Notes: generated from the letters alone by a model not told the origin. A stretch of DNA of 64,000 bases from Lama glama (GCA_028534125.1 CM052816.1:37946001-38010000); one strand, 5' to 3'; shown: positions 1 through 13,980, counted from the first letter of the stretch. Program-made: numbers and translations.

Positions 1-12
1 CTCTGAACTCAC

Positions 13-174
13 CAAGAGAGTGCCCCCAAAGCCTTTGGGTATGAAACGCCTTTAGTAGATGGAGTGCAACCAAGCCGCTCAATGTCTGGAGAATGGTTGC
101 CTGCACTCTGAACGCTGGCCCCCAGAGCCACGGCACAGCTCACTATTCATAAGCGGCCCCACTGTTCCCTGTCT
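13..174 (-). other. Candidate internal exon (162 nt), no fully open frame
   Basis: Acceptor ttgaatttttcag|AGA, donor TTG|gtgagt. GC/CpG-richer than flanks; not recognisably a repeat. Confidence 0.35.
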
Positions 175-3100
175 CTGAAAAATTCAATGTGTAAGCTTTA
201 GTTAGAATGAAAAGCCATTATAAATTTTTGTCTGCATGCATATGGATAAGCTTCAGTAATAATGAGTGTTAAAAAAAAACACTACATAGTGGAATCTAAT
301 AGAAACTTTCACATGGTATTGTTTCCACCATGCATAATTCATAAAGAAGAAATTAGAAGAAAGCAGACAGGCGCTGACTTCCTTAAGTTTTGTTTTTAGA
401 TTTTTTTTTCCTGATTTTTAATGTATTCCTTTGGAGAAAAAAATGTTTCTCTTGTGCATTACTGATACTGTTTTGCAGTGAGCTTTAAGTGTCATCCAGG
501 CTTTCTTGTTCAATCTAAAATCATATTTTATATGTTAATTTTAGCCTTCATTGTTTGTTTTATGATTTGTTTTTAATCATCATCCTTCAGAAAATTTCAT
601 TCAGGATTCAAGAACCATTATCCTTCAGTGATTCTACAATATAATGAAGCAAATTTGCAACACAATATTTTTCTTAAATCCATGGATATTATCATCATAT
701 GTATTTTCAAAGTACCCTAGAATGTCTTCGTGTAACTGAATTAAATGTAGTTTAATTAAATTAAGTAAATTAAATTACTCATTACCAGTAATAACTTTAA
801 GCTTTAGAAAGCATTTGAATTGGAAAAGAATTTGAATACCTGGCTTAACAGCTCAAGTGTGGTGTGAAATTAATTTGCATTATACATATCTTACTTCTTC
901 CCAATAAATGCAAGATGGAAGACAGAATGAGAATAAGAGACTCTGAACACCACTTTTTTAATTTATTAAGAAGGGTATTTTCCATGGTGAGCAATTGAAC
1001 TAAAACATGATTACTTATTGAAGAAAAAATGTTCAATTATATAATAACATTAAATAATGAATCATGAAATATCTAAAAACATTATTTTCTTAGAAGCCAT
1101 ATACATTTCATTGTAACTCAATGTAAGGACTAGAACTATATATAAGGACTATAGAACTATTGTCACCAATCTTAATAAATTCATTTTGTGGGGTTTAATT
1201 TAGGTAATTGGTTAAAGGTGGGGAGGAATGACAGGTAATAAAGGCAGAAACATAATCTTATCACTTGATCCATCCAACCTGTTAATTTTGCTACTGTGAA
1301 TTTCTAACACCATGATTTTTAATCTAGTTTTTTGGGCAAATAAACATGTATTTATTTACGTATTCATTTACTGTAGGGCAAATAGAATCCACAAACAACT
1401 TTTTACAAAATGTTAGATTTTTTTTCTAGAATAAAGATAGGCAAAAATACATAAATGATTGTCTTAATTATGCGAATGTTGGCACTTTAGTGTTATTATC
1501 AAATAATACATGCACATTTTTTTCCTTACGTGACACTAGTAGTATCACACAAATTCTCAACGTGGAATATATGCTTATCTGTCCTAGTATGCTATCATTT
1601 GATCTTAATTCATCAGTTGGTCTAAAATATCCAGTGGATGGTATCTAAAAGCTATAAAAAGTAAAATATTTTAAAGATAATCAACTAAAAATGCTGCCTC
1701 CATGAAGTCTAATAGGTCTAATTTCAGGGAAAAGAGGCATTTAAAAGCCTTTGATAGTTGCTTTTACCATGGAGAGTACTCAAAAATGAGATTATAAAAA
1801 AGAGGCAAATTCAAACTTTTTAATAAAAAGAGGAAGAAACTAACACATACACATAACACACACACACAATCTTCAACCACAAAGGGACATGGAAAGGAGA
1901 GGGTATAACAGCTTTTCATAAGGAATGGGTCACAAAATCAGAACATTGGAAATATTTAATAGAGTCAGAACGAATTTTTTTCCCTGTAAATTAAGAATTG
2001 CTCAATAAAATAGTGTCCCTTATTAAAGTACCCCTTGTATTAAACTCATGCTTATGACATCAGTAAAGTATGAGGATGCAAAACTGAGAGAAATTCAGTT
2101 CTGATATACTACCTACATTGTTCTAATCACATATGTACAAGAATGTGATCTTAATTTCAGCACATATAACAAAGTTTTGTATTTTGTAATATGTAGGTGA
2201 GGTGAGAAAAGCAGAGTATCATTACCTGTTTAGTTCTTAAGGCCTTTAAAGACCTTACTTTACTTACAATTGTGTTTCATTCAAAGCTATGGATTAAACA
2301 TCTATTCCAGAAATTTAGAAAATTATTTATATAAATGGTATTAAATGTTAGAAGAGATGTATTAAAATAATTTAATATTGTATTGAACTAATTTAGCTAC
2401 ATAAATATGTGTCTTCAAGTCATTTTACATATGCAGTCTTAAAACTATAAAGTACTAGTACATTTTATTTTTTATAATGCTGTACAGCATTTATTTTAAT
2501 TCCATTGCCTTAAATATTACCAAAGTAAAATCTCACTTTAACATGGCACCTGGAGCTATTACTGGAAATTATCTAGATATCTAGAATAAAAACTACTCTT
2601 AAAGAATGAAACTAGCCTGTATTAATATGTTCATGATAAAGTTACTAATCTGGTTAAAAAATAGGGGAACCATAAGTTCAGTCACTGAACAAATGTTGTC
2701 TAAACACCTAGACTTTGGCACATTTCCAAGCATATAATAGGAATGAACTCCCAGTATCAACGGAAGATTTCAGGATCTTCTGTGTCAAAGATTGTTTGAA
2801 TCATGATTTTAACTTAAGGAAAAAAAAGTATGTCTTAGTATGTATACGGAAGTTTTTTTATTTTAGGAGACAGAATGCATTATCAAAGTAAGTTGATTTG
2901 TATGATTTCTAAACCTCTAGCATTCTAATCAGACCAAATTGGTAGTATGTGTCCATCACTGTTCAGAGTCGAAAGTGATCAGGCTCATGAAAATAAGTCT
3001 CTGGGCTATATAGGAGATCTAGTGGGATAAAGGAGATGGATGCATCAAATATCTGTGGCTTGAGAGCATTAATCATAAAGACTGTACAACTTACTTCCAA

Positions 3101-3809
3101 CCCTTGTTAAGATTATCAAAGTTTGAAGCTATCATCTGATTTTAATTTGACTTTCCATACCACTTTCCCTAGAAGGAGCAACTGTGAACCTAAGTATCAT
3201 GTTATATGATCTACTTAAACGCGCTGGCATTGCAATTTTAATGTATTACTTTCTGAAAGCTTGTCTAATGTAACTTTTCCCCCAAGTGATTAATTCACCG
3301 ATACACAAATGATGAAAAATGAGATTTCTAAATCTACAACCTGACAGCCCATGGTTTTTCAAGGCAATGCTGGACTACAGGACCTTAGAAATGCCTAAAT
3401 GAATTCCAAATTCACTGTACAGTCTCTTTATATCAAAGAAATTCACTTTCACAATCACCAGAAAAATTTAGAAGCTTAGAGTAGTAGACAATGTCTAGGT
3501 TTTTCCTTCCCTTTATAGATAAAGCAGAGGCCCAAGGGAAAAACAACCTGCATAATGTATCAGTAGAAAACAGAAAAAAGAGGCAGGAAGTTGCTGTCTT
3601 ACTTATTCATACCTTCCAAATACCACCTGCGTGGTTGTAACTGGCAGAATTTAATGCATATGTAAGACTATAATTGCATGAGACTCCGGGAAATACAGTT
3701 TTTAGCTTTCAGACTCTGTAGTGAAGAAGTGTAAGAGCAGGCAGGTGAAATGGAGTTTGAGCTATGCCATATGACAAAGTAATTTTTTTTAATGTTCTAG
3801 AGAAATATT

Positions 3810-4150
3810 TTAATATTTTTTCCATGTAAGATGTGTGAGGATGTTTATTGTGGAATTATTTATGATAGCAATGAAGTAGAATATAGCTAAAGCTCATCAG
3901 TACAAGAAAAGGAAAGTAATATATGCTGCATACATACAAGAGATTACTATGCAGTACTAAGAGGCAACAAATGACATATACAAACCTCAAGAAAGGTTAA
4001 GTATCAAGTAGTGTTGAGACAAAGGACTACGTAAGATTTTTTCCCCCAAAATAGCACTTCAAGAAATCTAAAAAAGCAATAAACAGTATGCATTGTATGA
4101 TATGCATTATTTACTAAAATACTAGCATATATATTCAAGCACATATGTAT
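3810..4150 (+). mobile_element. Old L1 (L1ME-like) 3' fragment
   Basis: Degenerate 'aggatgtttattgtggaattatttatgatagcaa...gattactatgcagtactaa', typical of the L1 ORF2 end/3'UTR. Confidence 0.55.
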
Positions 4151-4989
4151 CAAGTATCAACTATAGTAGACAGGTATGGGAGTACATGTTACAAATGTCA
4201 ACCTGGAAACCACAGAGAGAAAGGTAATTTTGATACAGAGAGTTGCTGTCTCCTCCTCTGTGACAGACAAGAGATGCTAACTAAACGATGCAATTCAGCA
4301 CTGCCCATCTTTTGCCAATTTAACATCGACACAAACCCTCTTTTAACCATATCTAATCTTTCAAGAAAAAGTAGCATTAGTCTTCATATGATGCAACTAT
4401 TCTTAGTATAACAAGAGACCTACATTTTTTTGCCCAAAATGTACCTTTATTGATCTGAGTTCTAAAAAAACAGTCCCTCTTCCTATTTTAACCTATACTG
4501 AATTATAGTTCAGCTGTGATTAATTCAACTCAATATTAGGTAGGAGGGCAATACGGAAAAAATCATTTGATTACACACAAGTATATACTTGTTAAGTAAG
4601 CAAGAAAAAAATGTCTATTGTAGCACTAGGTTCTGCAAATTGTGGTTGTGTCTGGATTTATATTTACCTTTTTTTCACATACATTCCACATTCTCATTGC
4701 TCTTAGCATCTGTGTTTATCATTACTATTTGCCTAGTGTGGTACCCAGAAGAGTCTGAATCAATAAGCCTGCCCTCTATTGGGTCCTAAAGTATCTACAC
4801 AAATATTATCCTACCAGTATACAGGCAGGGAGTTCTCTGGGGTGTCTGTTTGTACTTTCCCATCAAATTAAAATTAACATAAAACCACAGTCTAGCCATG
4901 CTATAGCTGGCTGAACTCTTGATATGACTCTGTTCTCCAAGGAGACTAGATAGCTACTCTCCTTGGAAATTTTTGTCATAGGAAAAGCT

Positions 4990-7420
4990 CAGCACTGATC
5001 CTCACTGTTGGCGGTTTTTGTTGTTGTTTATTTATTAAACCCACTAATAATTGCAGCCAGACTATCCTGGGTAAGAATAAGAACATACTAGTGTGACCAT
5101 ATATAACATTCACCTTGGCTACAATGACAACTTATTCATAAGCCAATTATTCGAGAACTGGATGGTAGAGGAAGAGGCTGATTGATATCCACAGAAGATG
5201 TTACTTTTGTCCATCTGATTATTAAAAGCTTCCTCTGCAGTGGATTTCTTCCAGTGAATGTTTTACTTGAGTTAAGGGTATAATTATACTGTGTCTTTCA
5301 AGAGGCCAAGCACATATTTTTAACCCAGATTTCCAATGTTTTCAGTTATGCTCCTTCAAGTCCCTGACCAGTCAGCCAAACCATTATCAATTGCTCACAA
5401 ATCAGGGTAGATTCGTATCTCTGATCACTTCTTCTCCAAGAAAAGTGAATAATCAGATGCAATGCTTTAATTCCTTTTCCCTGGGAATGTAACCCTTCCC
5501 TGAGAAGTTATATGGCTTCAGCCATTATCTCTTAAATGTTGCCAAAATACCATGTGGAACTATCTGAAACAACTAAGCGTCGTCTTTCCAAGTCCGCTGG
5601 ACATAGGTAATTGTCCATATCGCTGTAGGTGAGGGATGTGGAAGCAGAAGTGTGTGAGTGAAATTTGAGCCATATCTCACGCAAATTATTTGACTCTATA
5701 ATTTGTTCTAAGCTATCTTGATTACTCCTACATGATAGTTATGTACTTTTTTCTCACATTCACCTTAATGTTTTGTGGGTCAGACAATGTGAAGAAGATC
5801 TCAGGATGCACAGTACCATGATGTTTGTTGCTGAAGGATTCACTGTCAGGACTGTTATAAGAAAGAGATGGAGTTACACAGTGAAGAGGGCATAGCTTTT
5901 CTTTTTTCCAGAACCCTAAGAGGGTTCATGTCAATTTCCCTACTAGAGAATGTAGAAGTCTCATACATCATCTGTATCAGTCAAACATTTCAAGCACTAT
6001 TATATCTGCAAGATCATATGACCAAGCGATAGAGGATCTTTTGTGGAAGTGTGGACTTCCATTAATGCCATTTCTTTCTCCTAAGAGGTCACTCAGTAAA
6101 TGAATTAGAGCAACACACTCAAATGTATGGTACAAGTTGCTTCCAGAATCCCAAGAGACCCATCAGTATCATTTCCCCTTTTTATTGTTGGAGGGTACAA
6201 GCTGCAACACCTTTGTCTTTCACTACCATGTAATCATAACATGATGTGCACCTTGGATTTTATAACAACAAACTCCACTGAGGTGTAGGCCCTCAGAAAA
6301 ATAAACCTTGGGAGACTACACTGCCTATTCTCTGGCATAGATAAGTATTAACAAGGTTTCTAAGGTATTTTATTTTTCTTGCTCACCAAGTCCATTCAGT
6401 GTGAGGTCACCAAAAAAGTAGATCAGCAAAAGACCTTAAGGAATGGAAAGATAATCCAAGTCTCTAAGGACCAGATCATGATATGGGTGGGGAGGTAACA
6501 AAGCTCTGCTCTACGATGAAAGAAAAAAAAAAAACATGAAAGACAGCATTTTCAAGATGAATAGAAGCATACCAAGCACTATTAAAGGTATTAATTTGCT
6601 TCTACAAAGAAACCACATCTGGAATACAGCTGCAATTGGAAGAAGTTTCTGAAAACCCACTTTAATTCTTCATGATAGGTATTCCTTTTTCTCTGGCCAA
6701 ATAGGAGTTTGACTGGAAAGTGTGCGAACCTAATATCCTTACATCTTTCAGGTCTTTGATTACGACATTAATCTCTGCAGGCCTTCCAGGATGTGGTATC
6801 ACTTTTGGTTTACGGTTTTGGTAGGAAGAGGGAGTTGCAGAGACTTGAGCTGGGCCTTTTTTATCCCCATAGTGCACACTTCATTTATTATGAAACTAAT
6901 GTAGGAATTATGACATCTGTGGAATTTATTTGTTCATATTGTGCATCTAAAAAGTGGATTAAAAACCACAGAGTAACTTACGTGACCTACTAGGCACACT
7001 GTTAAATTGGCCAAGATAAAAATCTCAATTTATCATTATCACTGCCAGTAGCCCCTACTCTTACTGGTAGGCCAGGGTAGTGTTTCTGGTTCCAAGGAAT
7101 TAACTCCAGTTCAGAGTCAATGCCAAGGAGTCCCTGAAAACTTTTTGATTTTTTCTTCCCCTCAAAGAAATTCATCCTGGCAAAAGTGTTCAAGTTCCCT
7201 TGAGGGTGACTGGGAGGAAGTGTTATATACTGTGCAACTGTGGCAGTATTTCAGGGTCACTTCTGAAGTGGTCCTTGTCTCTTTCATGGCTATCTGAGTT
7301 TGGAACTGGCTCAGGTCTGGGAACTCAGTGCAGTTCCATGACTGTCTCATTCCAGCGTCCAACAGGCCATTATGAACTCCAAATCTAATCAGAATAGAAA
7401 ACCTATTATAGATTTTAATT
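4990..7420 (-). mobile_element. Degenerate ERVL (class III endogenous retrovirus) internal region: gag end, protease, RT, RNaseH/integrase start
   Basis: Minus-strand translations match ERVL motifs. FPDLSQF lies in ORF 7162-7362. SFQGLLGIDSELELIPWNQKHYPGLPVRVGA (7002-7193) resembles ERVL protease FRGLLDTGSELTLIPGDPKRHCGPPVRVGA. AEINVVIKDLKD (6662-6877) resembles AEISATIKDLKD. PDVVSL*KQINTFNSAWYASIHLENA lies near 6550-6620, and TAEEAFNNQMDK near 5200-5240. Many stops and frameshifts. Confidence 0.88.
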
Positions 7421-8535
7421 TTTAAAGATATTTTTCCCTTGAGGAATTTCTGGTAGCTAGAGAGGTGTATCAGTGTTCACTTAAAAGGCTTTCTACTTAT
7501 TAGAAATGAAGTTTGTAACACATGGGAATAGGTGTTTATTCGGTCATTCAAAGGGCTGGGGGAGTGAAGTTTAGGGAAACCATTACCACCAAAAATCTTA
7601 GCTTGTCAGTGAAAATCTCAATTCTAAGAATCTTTGACAAAAATAACGGTCAGCAGCAAAGCAGGTGATAGACAAAGGTTCAACCTGAAGATGCAAATAG
7701 AGTCATCCCTTAAGTATAGCTGCCACAACTTCTCGAAAATAATGGCTTCTTCTGGAAGATTTTAAGTTAGAACCATAAAGGGAAGGAAGCTATAGAAAAT
7801 GTAGGTTCCAGCACTCTGTAGTTGAGAGGAGGCCTTAAAAAGTTGGTAGTGACAACGCGGGTTTAGTAACCAACAATTCAATGTAAATATGAAATACTGT
7901 CCAGAGGGCTTTCTCATCTGTTTGAATGTATGGGATGATGGTCTTCTGTTTTGGGATATATTTGTTTTTTCCTAGAATTGATCATCTCATACAATTACAA
8001 ATGGATTCTGAATTCCTGTAGACTATGAACTCTAAAAGAAGGAACTTTTGCTTTATTTATTGATTTACTTTAGAGTCTGCAAGTGTGCCTATTATTTAGT
8101 AGTTTGTAGATAGATGAACAGATAGACAGACAGACAGTTATATGAAATTATATCTGTGTAAAATTCTGATGGTTAGGCTATATTTCTGTATACTGAGTAT
8201 AAAATTATCTTTGTGTCCCTTCTACTCTTTGATTTCTAGATCTAAGCTTTGGCAATATACACTGTGGTCCGTCACTTTTCAAGATGCCATATTTTCAAAT
8301 ATTTAAAGATTTATCTTCCTAAATCTAGATGCCTGCAGGCTAAATATCCCAGTTCCTTGGAAGCATATCCCACATGATACAATTTCAAATCACCATTCTA
8401 ATCATTTTCTTTTAAATAAACTAAAATTCTCCAATCCTGCTCTTAAATCCTCATAAATCAGGATGTCTAGAAATAAAGGGGTTAGTTCCAAATTGTCTCA
8501 GAGTATTGTTATTATTCACCTTTTTCTACTATATA

Positions 8536-8566
8536 TGTGTGTGTGTGCGTGTGTGTGTGTGTGTGT
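8536..8566. repeat. (TG)n microsatellite
   Basis: tgtgtgtgtgtgcgtgtgtgtgtgtgtgtgt. Confidence 0.95.
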
Positions 8567-9433
8567 ATAGGCAACCACTTCACACACTTGTTTAATACTG
8601 AACTTACTGTCATGTAAAACATGCATGTGTTTCAGAAATGCTGTGCCTAAGCCATACACACCTCTTTTTGTAGATTTGCTTTGACCTTAACATCTCAAAT
8701 ATACAAGAATCAATCCCTATTCTAAAAGCGTGGCAGTGAGTTTTAAGCTAAAAGTTCTTCACAGTCCATGGCAGTGTAGCATTCAGATTTCCTTGGGCAT
8801 CGTTGTTCTTGGTGACAACAGTGAGAGAAGTCAGTTATCAGCATTCATAACCCACAATAACAAATAAAACAATAGCTGACCCTGTCTATTTTGAAGAATA
8901 ACTGTGTACAATATAATTCTCTTGACAGCAGAGGAAGCTCAGGGAAAATGAACTTAAAATTAACAAGAGAGTAATGGAGGCTCAGAGCAAAGAAACTAGA
9001 CTTCATCAAATTAAAGTATGAAAAAAAGAAAGAAAAAGATCTTGCATATTAAATTAAATTTTACAGAAGATAGAACCAGTGATTATTTTGGCTAAAAGAA
9101 CAGTTTGTGACTGTGAAGCACTTTGTCTTGGGAAACTTGTTGTCAAAGAAATCCACAGTCTAAGCAAGACTCAGTTTTGGGATAAAATATTATCTTATGT
9201 TACAACTGTTTTATCAATATTTAAATGTGTTTTAATGAATTATGGGAAATGTTCTCTTTCAAACATTTATTTTCCATTGTTTTAAAAAATTTTTTAAAGT
9301 ATACCTAAATGCAGTTCTTATAGTAAAAGTTTTCTTTTAGTCAACAGAAAGGCCAAACACGAATTCCCGTTGAGGATATTGCAACTGACGATGAAGTATT
9401 TGGTGGATACACTCATCACACGGCAATACTCAC

Positions 9434-9508
9434 ATGTCTCATATATGGGTCTTTGGTACACCATGAAGATAAATAGCCAAGAAAGTTATGAGAAAGAGAA
9501 CTGCCTGA
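9434..9508 (-). other. Candidate internal exon (75 nt), open in phase 0
   Basis: Acceptor ctcttttaatcctacag|TCA, donor CAT|gtgagt. Reads SGSSLSHNFLGYLSSWCTKDPYMRH. Confidence 0.3.
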
Positions 9509-10329
9509 CTGTAGGATTAAAAGAGATGTTCAAAGACTCATAGGTGGTGATTTACTGTTTTAATAACACTTGATGATTTGTCAAACTCCTTTAAAGGGCA
9601 CTTCTCTTCTTTCATAGAATACGGCAGGTTGCAACTATGAAATTCTATGCTCCCAAAATGCACAGAATTCTCAGATACCCTTGATCCAATGGCAGTTTTC
9701 CAAAGAAAGTTTCTATTTTCTATGGCCTATTTATATCCTAATGTCCATATCATCACAGAGTAATCAGTTCTTAACATCACTGTCAGTTATTAGCTAATCT
9801 TCTCAAAACTCCTAGGCTGAGTAACATATAGTCTTCCTAGAAGCAGTAAGTATGATTGCAATGACATTTTCAAACTGAGAGATGAACTGGTTTTGTTTCA
9901 AGGAGCATTCTCCTATAATTAGCACTCTCATTACATATTTTACTGCATAAAATATACAGCATTTTCCAAATAAGTTACCATATTCCTTTTATAAAGCACT
10001 TTTATCAAGTAAAATCTCTATACTTAAATGTTTCGGATGTATTGTCCTTGTTTTTTTTTGTTTGTTTGTTTTTCTCATCATTTCTCTATTATGCATGAGC
10101 AGCACAATAAATATAAAAGGATGTGTGTATATGGGAATAAAGTACTACTAAGGGAAGTTTGAATGATGCAATGTAATTCTTTGCAATTATGTGTTATAAC
10201 TGCAAATTTTATTTCTACATATATGTAAACAAATGAAAAAACGATGTATTGTGTATTATAGTCCATAACTATCAATTAAAGACAAAATTAGTGCATTTTT
10301 GGTAAGCTGGAAGTGACTTTTAAAAACTA

Positions 10330-13300
10330 AAACATAGGGCAGACAACCAGTTTCTGGCTCTGCATGCAAAGGGCTTGGAAGCTGCCATTCTTTCCCAACA
10401 ACCAGTCCAAGTCTAAAAAGACAAAAGGTAAACCACTGTTTCCAAGACAGGGACAGACAGAGAAACACAATGAGCCACGATTTACCAGAGCAGACACTCA
10501 CAAGTAGAAATCACGGCAGGAACCAGCGCAGAAGTAGAAAAACTTGAACTGTAATACAGTTGCTGGACACTCAGTATGAACAACACTGAGTTGAAAACGT
10601 CCAGATGACACAGTCATGAGTGAGCTCCCAGAATTTTGTGAGATTTACCTCCAGAAGTTCAACAAGGTAGGCTCCCAAAGTCAAGTCCCCTTGGGCCTCC
10701 AGTGAGAGGAGAGGAAAAGGAACCATTCTGAAATATTCCAGAGCACTTGGTTCTTCTTAGCAAGTCCCACCCTCAGGGGAAACTAATTAACCAGAGCTTA
10801 AACTGCTGAGGTATTATCAGAGCCTAAGTGAGCTAAAAGGAGAAAAATAACTGACTCCAGCTGGCTGTTGCTTTCCTCATGGGAGAAGGGAAATACCCAA
10901 CTGCAGCTCATTCTAGCCATCATGTCCCACCTAAAAGGGGAGGAAAAAACTAAGAAACTCCTGTGAAGTTCATAACTCCAGAGGCATGGGCTCCCTAAAA
11001 CATCTGAGGCTTATGGTAGGATTACAGAGCACTTTCCCTCTGCCCACACCTCACTTATCACATTATTAAGGCCTATTTACAGTGGTAGCTTTTACACAGT
11101 ACATTATATCTGATATCAAGAAAAACTTACAAGGCATACCAAAAGGCAAAAAAACGCAATTTGAAGAAACAGAGCAAGCATCAGAACCAGACATGGCAAA
11201 GCTGTTAGAATTCTCAGACTGGGAATTTTAAACAACTATGATAAATCTGTTAAGGGCTCTAACGGACAAAGTCGAAAGCATGCAAGAACAGATGGGCAAG
11301 ATAAGCAGAGAGATGCAAATACTAAGGACAAAAATGAAATGCTGGAGATCAAAAACACTGTAAGAAAAATTAATGCCTTTCATAACCTTTTTATTAGACA
11401 ATATAGCAAAGGAAATAATCTCTGAGCTAGAGGATATATTAATGGAATACTCCAATATCAGAGAACAAAGACTGAAAAAGAACACAACAGACCATCTAAG
11501 AACTGTGGTATAAAGGTATCATATACATGTAATGGGAATACCAGAAGAAGAAGAAAGACAGAAAGGGGTAGAAGAAATATTCAAAATAATGACAAAGAAC
11601 TTCCCCAAATTAAAATCAGACACCACATCACATATCCAGTAAGCTTGGAGAATATCAGAAAGGATAAATGTCAAAACAACTACACTGAGAGAAATCATTT
11701 TCAAACTACAGGACATCAAAGACTTTGAAAAACCCTGAAAAAAAGCCAGAAGGGAAAAACATCTCACTAATAGAAGAACAAAGATAAGAATCACACGAGA
11801 CTTCTTCTCAGAAACCACACAAGCAAGAAGAGAGTGGAGTAAACTGTAAAGTGTTGAGGAAAACAACAATAACAAAACAGCAACCTAGCATTCTGTACCC
11901 TGCAAAATTATCCTTCAAAAGTGAAGAAGAAATAAAAGACATTCTCAGACAGACAGAAATTGAGGGACTTTTGTTCCCCACAGACCTGCCTTCCAATCAA
12001 TGATAAAAGAAGTTCTTTACAGGGAAGGATATAATACAAGTCCTAAACTCAGATCTACATAAAGAAAGGGAAAGGTAAGAAGGAATAAATGAAGGTAAAA
12101 TACTTTCATTTTTAACTACCTGAGGCAAAAAATAATAGAATAGGCAATAAAAGAGAAATACATGAATCTGCTATTATAGCTGAAGAAATTCATAGCCCTC
12201 TATCAGAAATGAACAGATCCAGCAGGCACAAAATCAGTAAGGATTTAGTTGAACTCAACAGTACCTTTAGCCGCCAACTGGCTATAGGAAACATTTACAG
12301 TTACAGACCATTTTATCCAACAACAGCCGAGTACACACTGTTCTCAAGCACACATGGAACATTCATCAATATAGACCACATTCATAAAATATGCCCCAAC
12401 AAATTAAAAGGAATAGTAAGACTACAACGTCAGAACACAATTGAATTAAACAAGAAATCAGTAACAGAAAGATGACCATAAAATTCCCAAAAACATGGAG
12501 ATTAAACTAAACACTTGTAAGTAACACATGGGTCAAAGAAGAAATCTCAAAAAATTACCAAAGTATTCTGAAATAAATGAAATAAAACAAAATTTGTCAG
12601 AATTAGTGGGATGTGAAAATAATAGAGAAATTATACAATTGAATGTATATTAGAAAATTAAAAAGTTCTAAAATCAATAATCTAAGTTTCCATCTTGGGA
12701 AACTAGTAAAGGAAAAGCAAACTAAATCCAAAGTAAGAAGAAAAAATAAATAAATAGTAAGAATTAGAGCAGATATCAACAGGAAACTGATAGAGAAAAA
12801 ACAATAAAATCAAAATTTGGTTCTTTGAAAAGATCCAAAAAAGTCATGTCTAGCTACATTAACTGACAAATAAAATAAAACAAAGGACACAAATTACTAG
12901 CTATAAATGAAAAGGGGGCATCACTGGAGATCCTATGCACATTAAAAGGATAATAAAGGAATAATATGAACAATTTTATGTCCACAGATTTAATCATCTA
13001 GAAACAGACCAGTTCTTTGAAAGACACAATCTGTGGAAACTCATACTAGAAATAGAAAATCTAAATAGGCCTCAATCTATAAAAAGAAATTAAATTAGTA
13101 ATTAATAACCTTCTAAAACAGAAAGCACAAGGCCCTGATGTGTTCACTGGTGAATTCTACCAAATATTTAAAGAAGAAATTACACAAATTTTCCTCAAAT
13201 TTTTGCAGGAGATAGAAGCAGATGAAGTACTTCCAAACTCATTCTATAAGGCTAGCATTACCTTAATATGAAAACAAAAGACATTACAAGAAAACTACAG

Positions 13301-13352
13301 ACCAATTATCTTTAATGTGGCAAAAATTTCTAAATAAAATATTAGCAAATCA
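10330..13352 (+). mobile_element. Old LINE-1: 5' region, decayed ORF1 (~11150-12010) and partial ORF2 (~12150-13350)
   Basis: ORF1-type 'caacctagcattctgtaccctgcaaaattatccttcaaaagtgaagaagaaataaaagacattctcagac'. ORF 12209-12475 (MNRSSRHKISKD...TAEYTLFSSTHGTFINIDH) is L1 endonuclease. RT-proximal 'ggccctgatgtgttcactggtgaattctaccaaatatttaaagaa'. Confidence 0.9.
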
Positions 13353-13664
13353 AAGGCTACCATCTTACCCAGCTCCCTTATCATAAATCAGCAGAGCCAG
13401 TCACAGAAGCAGGTCACTGTCCTTTCCCTTAGCTCCAGAGCAATACTGGGGTTTTGTCAAGGGGGAGAGGAAGACAGTAAGAACAGAATGCTTTGAAGCT
13501 TTCTCTAAGGTCAATTTATTTGGATCAGCGTGTGAGCACTTCAAGCACTGCACTAGAAAACAATGGATATTCTAGTGATGAGCAGTTAAGAGGAAACTGT
13601 TAGCCACCTGAGAGTAATAAGTTGCAGTACAGACTAGCCAGATTTTTACCACAGAGGACCAGAG

Positions 13665-13980
13665 AAGAAGATGGAAGACAAAGGAACACTTCCCAACTTA
13701 TTTTTATGAGGCCAGTATATCCTGATACCAGAACTAGACAAATATCACAAGGAAAGAAAACTAAACACTGAAGTCCCTTATCAATATAGATGCAAATGTC
13801 TCAGAAAAAAATACTAACAAACTGAATCCAGAAGTATATAAAAGGATTATTTATGTACACGCTACAACATGCATGAACCTTGAAAACATCATGCTAAGTG
13901 AAAGTAGACAGTCATAAGAAACCACTTATTATATGATTTTATTATATGAAATGTTCAGAATAGGGAAATCTGTAGAGCCC
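13665..13980 (+). mobile_element. Second old L1 ORF2 fragment joined to an L1MC/ME-like 3' fragment
   Basis: 'ggaacacttcccaacttatttttatgaggccagtat...ctgataccagaactagac', then 'gctacaacatgcatgaaccttgaaaacatcatgctaagtgaaag'. Confidence 0.75.

Noticed and set aside
11228..11996. Hydrophobic minus-strand ORFs resembling membrane proteins
   Set aside because: Antisense of A-rich L1 ORF1.
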